From Paraphysomonas bandaiensis (lineage: Eukaryota; Protista; Chrysophyceae): DNA of 64,000 nt. The stretch lies in the NCBI GenBank assembly GCA_965644295.1, contig CBFFRP010000395.1, positions 124,001 through 188,000 of the forward strand. Reading direction: 5' to 3'. Of the stretch, positions 26,140 to 37,580 are shown piece by piece (positions within the stretch are counted from its first letter, which is position 1; the number at the start of each line of letters is the position of its first letter). The translations under genes and the position numbers were made by a program. Below the pieces are notes generated by a model. It was not told the origin of the DNA. It was given only the letters and a program-made list of their open reading frames with translations, and made no database searches.

Positions 26140-27698
26140 AAGTTGTTATATGATGATGAAAACTTAGATAATATAAATACCATTATTTAATAACATATAT
26201 AGATCAATGCTTATATCGCTTTCAATCAGTGTGATCATTACAAGTGAGAACATTTCCCTGACTTACAGAGTTTATTACCAGAGATAGAGACACACATGCA
26301 TACAGTAGTTTACAGAGAGACAGAACTCAATCTCTTTTATCATAAATTCATATCTGACTGTATCTCTAGAAGGCTTTAACGTTGTCGTAATCTTAACATG
26401 ATTGTTGAATGATATCTTAGTGATGCTGTTTCGTCCGTGCTCATGTGTAGTCGCCTTTGATATACCTTCCACACATGATGTTACGATATTAGAATGTATG
26501 TCACCATGAGAGATATTAATATAATATCGCGAGGAAACATCCCATATTCTCTAAATCATTTTGTATATGTATGCATTGTTTTGATCAGATGCTCAAGTGG
26601 AAAAGTTCTGCAGTGTAAGTATGTGAACTCTGATGTGTCTACTGAACGAACAAACTCGTTTTTCACGTGTTCTGATTGATCCTAATGCTTATCTATGTCT
26701 TATCAGATATTACAAGACGTTAATATTTAGAAGACTATTGCTATTCGCTGACGTTGAGTTTGGTACAAGAGGATATATTTTCATCTACCCCATTCCGATG
26801 GTGTTAACGATTGCATAGCAATTGCGCCTACAGCCAGTTTGATACACACGAATTCACACGTGCTAATTGCGACTATTATTCTAAAAATGCACTACAACTA
26901 TACTAAAAGAACACGTATGCACGATTCCTAGAATCACCGCCTCTAATGTGGGGGCGAACGTATTAAGCCCCCAGTCCCTTGTTATGTATGAATCACAGCA
27001 TGGATTGCTGAAACCAGAGTTGTAATATGATTTAGCTATACTCCTATAATTGAGTTCATAACATGAAGTTATTGACTGCAGTCACTATTTTTTGTGAAAC
27101 ACCATCTATCCATGACACGTAGTAATACGTAGTAATCTCCTAGATACTACAGTCTTGAAATTAGAACTGTGTCCTAAGTACTATTCATACACATTTATCG
27201 AGTTAGATTAGCACAACGCAGAAGCGGTAAATAAGATTCAAGGTTAGTCTTGGTATTTATAGTAAGGATATACTTAATATTATTAGAGATAAAGATTGAA
27301 CGATAAGGCCTAATAGTATAATAGCAAGACACATTTGAACAGAGCGTTAGCACCATACACATGTGCGTATCTTGTACAGTCGCGTATCATGTATAGTTTG
27401 GTAATTATTCAGTCTATTTGGTATTTCATTGTATACGTGTGTTGTATTCACGCGTTAAGAGATATACGTGAATCAATGACTCCTAATAGCGGTCTATACT
27501 TAGACACACATGGTAACAGAGATTAGGAACATGTTGCAAAATAATATTGTGAGGTAGAAGAGACACTCTTCTAACTGGTCCAACAGTGTCATTGCAATTT
27601 CTTTCAATAGAGTAGCATACATATTAATTCAAGTGTGAATAATTACCATTGTGTAATGTAGATATTGATTAGTAAACATTTGGCACGTAATAGTAACT

Positions 27699-28165
27699 TC
27701 CTCAACAAGAAATCGTTCTCGTAGCTTATCGTGGTGTTCTGGGGGATATGTACCGGAGATATTTCTCCAGAAAACTAACTTGTGCAGAAAACATAGACAA
27801 CGGATAACGTCCTGCCCACTCATAGCCTAATGCTTGTGTCACTTATGTCATTTATGTCAACGTCTTTGGGCCTTGACAAATAAACAGGCATCCGGAACTG
27901 GGCCCAACTCAAAGGTAACCAGGATATTGGGCTGTCCTATGTAGTCAAGCATCTGAGCTGTTCACCTTAAGAACTCAAATATCCTTAAGTCAGCAGATGT
28001 CAGATATATTATCAACGTTCTGCTTTCTCGCTGCGTTTGCTTTGAGTAATAGAGCTAAAGAGGTGACGCACAAGCAGCTTTCGTAGCGTTAAATAGAGTA
28101 TAATATCAGAGTTAAGCACAGACTCTTAAACGCCTATTGCTGATAATAAGACATTTACTTATACT
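27699..28165 (+). mobile_element. Diverged copy of the HDV-ribozyme retroposon
   Basis: Runs from TCCTCAACAAG...GTGGTGTTCTGGGGGATATGTACCGGAGATATTTCTCC to CGCCTATTGCTGATAATAAG. Possible decayed TSD AATAGTAACT/AATAGAACT. Confidence 0.8.
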
Positions 28166-30032
28166 AACAATAGAACTATATAATAATACATTGCCAGCTA
28201 GCATCACAATATCAACATGGGTGTACTGATTCTAGCCGGTCGACTAATTACTTATTTTAAATGTTGGTTTATAGTTTCATTATTTCATTATGTGACTAAG
28301 CGTTGCTTTGAAAATATACAGGTGGGTGCTACTCTTTCATATTGGTCATCTTGTATTCGTGGGTTATAATGATCCAGTCCTTTATGAGAGTTATACAAAA
28401 TAAAATGCTGCAACTAGTAAGTTACTTTTGATAGACAAGTTGATGGTACCTATCGTGTTGTGTACAAAAGCAAGATGAGATGTGGCACCACCAGGGAGGA
28501 TTAGTCAGTACGCTCCAAATACTTCTCGCTTGCATGTGGTATACTTTATATATATGCGTGTTCGTGTAATGTACCTAGTATTGAATGTAGCCCACCAGGA
28601 TAAGCCTCATAATATTCCCTCCAGTAAAAGAGACAGCATTCCGAGGTGGAGCTATATTGAGGAACCCACAAAGGAGTGGGTAGACACTGGAGCAGTTGAT
28701 TCTGCATCTATTATTACTGGTAAACGTGCCAGAAGTTTAGTTGATTATCGCTTGTAAGTATTTTTAATTAGTCAAAATAGAACTTTGCAATATTATACGT
28801 AGCACTACTTATGGTAGTATGCATATATATATATATGTATAATATATAACCGTCACATTCTCACGTTTTGATCTGTAACTAATATAAAATTTATTAAATG
28901 TTATTAAAAGCATGTTTTCTTTACATCCACTACATTATCTATTGCTAAACGCTTCAAAAACTCAACTTAAATCAACTTTTTCAAAATTTCACCAGGTTTT
29001 GACAGTTTTACCAGATTTGTTGATCACAACGACTTAACAGTAATTTGTTTAAAAAAACATATTCAGATAGTACATTAATATGAAAGTTATCTGTACTGAA
29101 GAAAGAATATTAAGTTTTCTTTTAGCGGTAAAGAGATGCGAAGCGTGCCCTGTCATCATTGCCCTTTGGGACTGAGTTTATTTCACTTGACTTTTTATAA
29201 TTGCATTGTCGAAAGGATACTTGCGCTAAAGATATCGATTTTAGTGTACACTGACTGGACAACACTCTCACAGCTATGACGTACATATACGGCACTAGAT
29301 CTAAAATGCTTCATCTAAGCACACATCGTGAAATTTATATCGAACTACCTCTCCTAATATGAGCAAGAACAGTCTCATATCCGATGCAAATATGTTGTAG
29401 TAAATAATGGTAAGTGAAATATTGTTTCAGCTTTGTTGATGTCAATACGCATATAGCCAGTCGCACATATGATTCCAAGGATGTGTACGCGTTAAGTTAT
29501 GAACAAATGAACCACTATTAGAGATAGATCATTTTCATTTATCGTATAATATAGCATGGTTCTACATAATAATAACAGTTATAGTAATGGTTAACGGAGC
29601 CTACTATAATTAGTTGTATAACCAATTGTTTGATGATTATTAGTGATGGAAGCCGAGCCGAAACCGGCCGGCCAAATCGGCTTTTTTGGCCTCAACCGGC
29701 TCGGCTAAAGCCAGTTGGAATTTATATTGATTATCTCGATCTAATCTTCTAGGATAATAAGGGAATACATATGCTTCTAGGAGCACCCTCCTAAACAAAT
29801 AATATAAAGATTTAGTTTATGAGGCTATTACAAAGAGTTTATTTAGTGTGTTACTTCATCTATTAGTAACAGGGTTTTATAATCAACATTACGGCTGTAT
29901 AGTATACTGGAGGACTTCAAAATATGCAACATCCGCACCGGATTATTGGGTTTTGTTCCACCCTATGTTCCGGTGGATGTTCCGGAACAAAATTTGTTGA
30001 GACGAAAAAATCGTCTCAGCAAACTGATCCGA

Positions 30033-30756
30033 TCGGATCAGATTGCTCCGCCCTTTACAAGAGCCCTTGTGTGCTATGCATACATAAGTGAAGTGTTAAC
30101 ATGGCTATATACCGCTCCATGATGGTTGCACTGCATGCTGCTGCACATAAGAGACATTTGTTGATGAAGCTATTGGTGCTGGAACGCTTCAGATTGATGC
30201 TTAGAGAGCGAAATTATATCACAGGATTGTTGAGTGAAGCCTAGCCAACTCCATGGATGAAGATATACAAAGATGGAGACAATGGGAACTTCTCAAACGC
30301 CTCTCTATTGATGCTGACCACATTGATACAGTTCCCATCGTCTCCATCTTTCTACAAGAGACAGCAGAGTGTCCAATTCCAGGTGGGAGTAGGTTCGGAT
30401 CAGATTGCTCCGCCCTTTACAAGAGCCCTTGTGTGCTATGCATACATAAGTGAAGTGTTAACATGGCTATATACCGCTCCATGATGGTTGCACTGCATGC
30501 TGCTGCACATAAGAGACATTTGTTGATGAAGCTATTGGTGCTGGAACGCTTCAGATTGATGCTTAGAGAGCGAAATTATATCACAGGATTGTTGAGTGAA
30601 GCCTAGCCAACTCCATGGATGAAGATATACAAAGATGGAGACGATGGGAACTTCTCAAACGCCTCTCTATTGATGCTGACCACATTGATACAGTTCCCAT
30701 CGTCTCCATCTTTCTACAAGAGACAGCAGAGTGTCCAATTCCAGGTGGGAGTAGGT
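30033..30756 (+). repeat. Two-copy 362-bp tandem duplication of a PIF/Harbinger-like transposase N-terminal remnant
   Basis: Units 30033-30394 and 30395-30756 are near identical (GACAAT vs GACGAT seen). They translate LRERNYITGLLSEA*PTPWMKIYKDGDNGNF, resembling the N-terminus of DDE_Tnp_4-type proteins, with a stop. Confidence 0.7.
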
Positions 30757-31089
30757 CCGCCCTCGTCCCTCCCTCTTTTTTGGTGTAGAGCTCTTCGTAG
30801 GCATGCTGGCTTCCAAATTATTGCGGTGTATGTTACACTATACTTTAAGGCACTGCTCTGAATAGTGTCATTGGAACAAGAAACGCCCGGATTTTAGAAA
30901 CCGGCCGGGTTGATTCCAAAACCGGCTCATCTTCGGCCTAAAATAACTGGTTTTCAGATAGATTTTGGGGGATTTGGCATCAAACTACTATAAAAATGCG
31001 GATTATCTCCTCAATGCTGTGAAAAAAAGCACTTGTGCCATATATAGACATATACACAGCAGCACCCAGCCAGAGGAAAAAAAGATATA

Positions 31090-31171
31090 CGACTGCTGCA
31101 GGATTCGAACCTGCGCGGGAATTTCCCAATGGATTTCTAGTCCATCTCCTTAACCACTCGGACAAACAGTC
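31090..31171 (-). tRNA. tRNA-Ser(AGA), second copy
   Basis: Identical to 26058-26139, with shared flanks on both sides. Confidence 0.97.
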
Positions 31172-31419
31172 AAGTTGTGATATGATGATGAAAACTTAGA
31201 TAATATAAATACCATTATATTTTTGAGATATGTAACGAGTAGTATAGTAATTTTATCTGCAGTTACTTCATATGAACATCTGCATATATAGTCTACATAC
31301 ATACATACACATACATATACATATCTAGCTATCGACTTTACAGGCATATCTCTCCATATCAATACATTCCTATTTAACCAACCATAATATTCATTAAACT
31401 CTTATATATATATTTGATA

Positions 31420-32784
31420 ATGTCCAAAATTACACCAGAAGCTCGTCATATATTAGATAAAGTATTACTTGATCCTCATAATATGGCAACCCCAAAAGAA
31501 TTAGAACAACAATGTTTAGCAGCATTACAAGCATTAAAACGTGCTGATTATGATCAAAATAATATTATAACATTAAATGAAATTGGAAAATTATGTGAAA
31601 TACTTGGATTACCCATACAAGATAAAGATGATAAATTATATGAATTAGATAAGGATCAATCTGGACAATTAGAAAATATGGAGTTTTTAGAATGGTGGTT
31701 AAGAAGATTAAGTACACAACCAGGTAATGATAAACAACAAGAAGTTATGGCAAAGAATACATTTGAAATATTTGATCGAAATCGTTCGGGTGCGATTAGT
31801 GCAGATGAATTTGCGGATTTAGTGGAGTCATTAGGAGTACAATTCACAGAAAAGGAGTGTCAACAAGCAATTGTGGAATTAGATAAAGATGGAAGTGGTG
31901 AAATTGAGTGCAATGAATTTGTTCAGTGGTGGGTTAATAGGACACAGAGTGTGCGACAGGGTGGAGGACTGATTGCGTACAAGTTAAAAAGGCTGGCGAA
32001 TAAAGCTGCACAAATGTTTCACACTGATATTCACACGGCTGCGTGGAAAGGAGATCGTAATCTTGTCGCCATGTTTCTGGATTCTGAATCTCGTCTGTTA
32101 AACTCCCCTGACACTTCAGAATACGGCAATGGTTGGACCCCATTGCACTACGCTTGCTATCGTGGACACAAAGGTATTGTCGAAGAGCTTTTAAATCGTA
32201 ACGTCAATGTGAACCGTGCAAATGATGATGGCTTCTCCCCTCTTTTCTATGCGGCTCAACAAGAGCATGTTGATATTTGCGCCTTGTTGCTTCAAGCCGG
32301 GGCAGATCCCACTATAGTTGGAAGTGACCCTTGCTTTCCTGCAGTTCACCCAATGTGTCCAGTGGATCACCTAGTCGACAATGAAGAACTGAAGTCAGTA
32401 TTTTTAAAGCACGAGAAATGTCGCATTCCTGGAAGGATTGAAAATCTATCCGGAGCCTCCCTCTCTGCTGATGGTCAGCTGTACTTTGAGGTGTCTGACC
32501 TGGCAGAGGTATCGATGCTGCCTATTAAAACGTGGCGGTTATCTTCCTATATCGACGGTAATTTCTGTTCCTCAGATGATGTGTCGTCTTTTACACAAGA
32601 GAATCGTGCAAATGCGGTGACCAAAGTTAGCTGCCGGCCTAACCGAGAATTTCTAAAGAAATTAGCAATTGCGGCATCAGATAGACACCAAATCACTGTG
32701 GATGTAATAGTTGTAAATGCAATTGGTGCTGGTGAGGTATCTGAAAGTGTGGAATTAGACATGTCAGCTATATTTTCAGATTAA
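31420..32784 (+). CDS. Four-EF-hand plus ankyrin-repeat protein with possible FN3-like C-terminus
   Basis: EF loops DYDQNNIITLNE, DKDQSGQLENME, DRNRSGAISADE and DKDGSGEIECNE. Ankyrin motifs GWTPLHYAC and GFSPLFYAA. Intronless. Confidence 0.92.
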   Translation: MSKITPEARHILDKVLLDPHNMATPKELEQQCLAALQALKRADYDQNNIITLNEIGKLCEILGLPIQDKDDKLYELDKDQSGQLENMEFLEWWLRRLSTQPGNDKQQEVMAKNTFEIFDRNRSGAISADEFADLVESLGVQFTEKECQQAIVELDKDGSGEIECNEFVQWWVNRTQSVRQGGGLIAYKLKRLANKAAQMFHTDIHTAAWKGDRNLVAMFLDSESRLLNSPDTSEYGNGWTPLHYACYRGHKGIVEELLNRNVNVNRANDDGFSPLFYAAQQEHVDICALLLQAGADPTIVGSDPCFPAVHPMCPVDHLVDNEELKSVFLKHEKCRIPGRIENLSGASLSADGQLYFEVSDLAEVSMLPIKTWRLSSYIDGNFCSSDDVSSFTQENRANAVTKVSCRPNREFLKKLAIAASDRHQITVDVIVVNAIGAGEVSESVELDMSAIFSD

Positions 32785-33205
32785 GTTAGCGATGTAAGGA
32801 GATGATTTATCACTCTCTTATATTTGTAATAATATATTTGATATGTACGTGAGTGTGATGTTATTCGTGTGTAGTGGCATACGTCCTGTAGATGGTACTA
32901 ATTCTTCATGCTCGCAACTCGATGTTGCAAGTGCCGAAGGGATCCTGAACTAATCTACACTCGATCAAATGAATAAATACACTTCCTCTATAGCTATGAA
33001 TGGGGCTATTCGGAGTAATCATCTACGTGACCTTACAAAAGTAGCAATCATGCTATCGTCGAATTGGTGTGTGTCGGGTATCGGGTAGTAGACTGAAAAT
33101 ATGCATGAGTACTACATATCTCGACAGTAATCAAACTACAAAATGAACTCAGGATTAGAACACCTAAAATATCTTGACCAGTGTGGTTAGACTACACTGG
33201 CTTGA

Positions 33206-33655
33206 AGCTAGTGAATTCTGATTATTAGCAATAGGCGTGTAAGAGTCAGAACTAGTGTAACAAAACAATTTAACTAACTAGTGCTTAACTATGATATCTT
33301 ACTATTTGGCGCTACGAAAGCTGCTTGTGCGTCACCGCAAGCACCAACGAGCAACTACTTTCGCTCTCTGTCCTTAAGGTAAACTCGCCCGGATGCTTGA
33401 CTTCATCAGGCAGCCCATTACCCCGGATGCCCTTAAGGTGGGCTCATTCCCGGATGCCTCTTTATTCGTCAAGGTCCAAAGACGTCTACACAAGTGACAC
33501 TTATATAAGTGTCCCTTGAATCACACAAGAGTTTGGCTATGAGTGGGCAGAACAAAATCTGTTGACTATATATGCGGCTCACGTTAGTTTTCCGGAGAAA
33601 TATCTCTGGTCGCCCAGAACTCCACGAAAAGGTGCGAGTCCGACTTTGTTGAGGG
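33206..33655 (-). mobile_element. Copy of the HDV-ribozyme retroposon
   Basis: Minus strand starts CCCTCAAC at 33655. GGCTTGA flanks both ends (33199-33205 and 33656-33662). Confidence 0.85.
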
Positions 33656-33944
33656 GGCTTGACACTGCTAACTATGTTAGAGTTTCAGGTCAGGGGAGGT
33701 GCCATGTGCGCGTTTTTCGCCTGCAGTCGTATATGAAGCCGTAGGATAAGCTGTCTCTTCTGTTGGTAGGTGTCAGTGACTAGTGTTGGTGAATATTACG
33801 GAATCATGGATTTGACGTTGTATATATAGTTTCCTTTTTGTCTATATATGATGATGAAAACTTAGATAATATAAATACCATTATATTTTTGAGATATGTA
33901 ACGAGTAGTATAGTATAGGACACGTTGTATATATAGCTAATTGC

Positions 33945-34625
33945 GTTTCCCTTGACTGATTGATGCAGGATATGAGTTAACATTATTTGGTATTTCTGTA
34001 TGAACAATGACTGAGGTAATGCGTCAAACTTTCCTCACAAAAGCATGGCAATATATGTGATTACATCTGTTTTATCTTACCATCCGTCTGCTCCCTAGTC
34101 TTGGATCTTCCTGACTCAGGCCATTGAGATTAAAACAAGACTTTGACACTTTTCTCCAACAAGCAGTGTCAGGTATATATGTGTGCGTTTAGTAGTAGGT
34201 TTTCATAAGCGGAGAAGGTGCACGGTTTTCTATTAGCATAATATTTGCTCGGGAGAATAGTGCAAGATGGATGCATGTACTGGACCACGAGAGTACACAT
34301 ATATTTAGGGAAGACATTATTGGAATCATCAGCTTTAATTTGTAACTGGTTTTGGAAGACGTATGTTTTATACTTTGGTGTGCAAAATTGCACCTGTAAA
34401 ACCCCGTCGTTACCGTGAGAGGACCCGGCTACTCTACCCCCCTCCAGACTACTTGCTGCTGCAAACACCAACCTAAACGTCTGTCGTATATACAGGAGAC
34501 ATAGGACACGGACTGCAAGCTGTTTGTGTTAGGACAAGTAGATTCGGCTTAAACTCGCAACTCATCGTATGCCACAACGTAGCCAACTAAACCGTGTTGT
34601 ATAGCTTAGCACTTGACGGTACACA
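33945..34625 (-). mobile_element. Internal segment of the long retroposon form (duplicated at 35481-36161)
   Basis: Reverse-complement similarity to 8570-9320, for example AAGCAGTGTCAGGTA, ATATACAGGAGACATA and GGACAAGTAGATT. Confidence 0.75.
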
Positions 34626-34664
34626 TATTACAAACAACAATAGTATAACTATACAAGGAAGTCA

Positions 34665-35191
34665 TGTAGTAGTGAATGTTTCATTATTAGCAATATAGTA
34701 GAGGATGTCATATTATTAACAATAGGTGATTAAAAGTCAGAACTAATTTAGCATTTCTATTTAGTGTTTCACTATGATAATATTATACTACTTATTGCTA
34801 CGAAAGCTGCTTGTGCGTCAACGCAAGCAACAACGTGCAATCACTTTTGCTCTATCACTCAAAGCAAACGCAGTAAGAAAGCAGAATGTTGATATACCTG
34901 ACATATGCTGATGACTTAAGAATTTTTGAGTCCTTAAAAGGTGAACAGCAGCCCGGATGCTTGACTTGAGCAAGAGCCCATTACCCCGGATGCCTGTTTA
35001 TTCGTCAAGGTCCAAAGACGTCTACACAAGTGACACTTATATAAGTGTCCCTTGAATCACACAAGAGTTTGGCTATGAGTGGGCAGAACAAAATCTGTTG
35101 ACTATATATGCGGCTCACGTTAGTTTTCCGGAGAAATATCTCTGGTCGCCCAGAACTCCACGAAAAGGTGCGAGTCCGACTTTGTTGAGGG
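34665..35191 (-). mobile_element. Chimeric retroposon copy at the duplication junction
   Basis: The left part matches the 36200-36712 copy and the right part matches the 33206-33655 copy. Confidence 0.8.
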
Positions 35192-36199
35192 GGCTTGACA
35201 CTGCTAACTATGTTAGAGTTTCAGGTCAGGGGAGGTGCCATGTGCGCGTTTTTCGCCTGCAGTCGTATATGAAGCCGTAGGATAAGCTGTCTCTTCTGTT
35301 GGTAGGTGTCAGTGACTAGTGTTGGTGAATATTACGGAATCATGGATTTGACGTTGTATATATAGTTTCCTTTTTGTCTATATATGATGATGAAAACTTA
35401 GATAATATAAATACCATTATATTTTTGAGATATGTAACGAGTAGTATAGTATAGGACACGTTGTATATATAGCTAATTGCGTTTCCCTTGACTGATTGAT
35501 GCAGGATATGAGTTAACATTATTTGGTATTTCTGTATGAACAATGACTGAGGTAATGCGTCAAACTTTCCTCACAAAAGCATGGCAATATATGTGATTAC
35601 ATCTGTTTTATCTTACCATCCGTCTGCTCCCTAGTCTTGGATCTTCCTGACTCAGGCCATTGAGATTAAAACAAGACTTTGACACTTTTCTCCAACAAGC
35701 AGTGTCAGGTATATATGTGTGCGTTTAGTAGTAGGTTTTCATAAGCGGAGAAGGTGCACGGTTTTCTATTAGCATAATATTTGCTCGGGAGAATAGTGCA
35801 AGATGGATGCATGTACTGGACCACGAGAGTACACATATATTTAGGGAAGACATTATTGGAATCATCAGCTTTAATTTGTAACTGGTTTTGGAAGACGTAT
35901 GTTTTATACTTTGGTGTGCAAAATTGCACCTGTAAAACCCCGTCGTTACCGTGAGAGGACCCGGCTACTCTACCCCCCTCCAGACTACTTGCTGCTGCAA
36001 ACACCAACCTAAACGTCTGTCGTATATACAGGAGACATAGGACACGGACTGCAAGCTGTTTGTGTTAGGACAAGTAGATTCGGCTTAAACTCGCAACTCA
36101 TCGTATGCCACAACGTAGCCAACTAAACCGTGTTGTATAGCTTAGCACTTGACGGTACACATATTACAAACAACAATAGTATAACTATACAAGGAAGTC

Positions 36200-36845
36200 A
36201 TGTAGTAGTGAATGTTTCATTATTAGCAATATAGTAGAGGATGTCATATTATTAACAATAGGTGATTAAAAGTCAGAACTAATTTAGCATTTCTATTTAG
36301 TGTTTCACTATGATAATATTATACTACTTATTGCTACGAAAGCTGCTTGTGCGTCAACGCAAGCAACAACGTGCAATCACTTTTGCTCTATCACTCAAAG
36401 CAAACGCAGTAAGAAAGCAGAATGTTGATATACCTGACATATGCTGATGACTTAAGAATTTTTGAGTCCTTAAAAGGTGAACAGCAGCCCGGATGCTTGA
36501 CTTGAGCAAGAGCCCATTACCCCGGATGCCTGTTTATTCGTCAAGGTCCAAAGACGTCTACACAAGTGACACTTATATAAGTGTGCCTTGTACCACACAA
36601 GAATTTGGCTATGAGTGGGCAGTACAATATCTGCTGACTATATATATGCGGCTCACGTTAGTTTTCTGGAGAAATATCTCCACAAAAAAGTGCGAGTCGC
36701 CTTTGTTGAGGGTTGTTTTAGCAATAGGCCTTTCAGAGTCAGAACCAATTTAGTATCACAATTTGACTGAAAGTGGTTAACTCTGATATCCTACCCTGTA
36801 ACGCTACAAAAGCTGCTTGCGCGTCACCGCAAGCACCAAGGTGCA
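36200..36845 (-). mobile_element. Retroposon copy with deleted ribozyme core (to 36712), abutting a 3'-end fragment of another copy
   Basis: GTTGAGGG ends at 36712 and is followed directly by TTAGCAATAGGC...GCTGCTTGCGCGTCACCGCAAGCACCAAGGTGC. Confidence 0.75.
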
Positions 36846-37580
36846 TGTTATGTATTTTGTTGCGCAAACTGTTATGTTGGTTGCTTTCGGCAAAGGGCAA
36901 GCTTCCTATTCCTACTAATCTGATGTCATCTCTAGTAATCTCTATCTCTACTGCTATTGAATAGACTTTACAGTGCCACGTGTAGCCACCTGTCATGACT
37001 AGATGGATGGAAGAAACAGGGTATTATGTGATATGCCATATTGAGCTGGAGTATATTTCATAGTGTCACTCATTATAAAAGCAAATGTTGCATAATGGCT
37101 GGGCATGCACATATATTAGATTCTCACTAACTGAACTAACTCTACACACTCGATATATCTACAGTAGTAAGAATATATTATTTTTATAATTATAACAGCA
37201 ATAAAAAACGTTCAATTCATGAATCTAAATGCGCTCCACTTCAGATAAAATACAAACTTATTTGCTAAATAGATGATGTTGAGTGACGTCCCTTTCTTAA
37301 TTCAGATCGCCTCATCACAGTATTAAGTTTCAACAACGGTTGTGAATATAGTTGATTATCAATGCATATGAAATATATGCCTACTTATTCCATCCTTTGC
37401 GCACAATCTGTCAACAGTTTTCACCACTATGCTAAACGCTGCTACGTAAAAAAGCAAGAACATGTACCTACCTCTCAAAAACGGTACACTTGGCATTACA
37501 ACAATGTAAAATAGATAAGGCAAAACTAAATTCAATGTGACAATACAAACAACACGGCGTGACAATATTGCAACTACTAG

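Larger units (their letters stand above)
33462..36585. repeat. 1536-bp tandem segmental duplication
   Basis: Identical ORFs recur at a constant offset of 1536 (33562/35098, 33804/35340, 34169/35705). Both breakpoints lie inside retroposon copies. Confidence 0.95.

Noticed and set aside
30965-31165. ORFs overlapping tRNA-Ser
   Set aside because: Spurious translations of the tRNA gene.
31180-31249. C/D box snoRNA (ATGATGA) beside tRNA-Ser
   Set aside because: No well-placed CTGA D box or terminal stem; better explained as duplicated tRNA flank.
33280-33330. Hammerhead or twister ribozyme in the repeat (CTGA...CGAAA-like words)
   Set aside because: No intact CUGANGA core with stems and no twister pseudoknot pairing could be built. 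The HDV fold at the other end fits much better.
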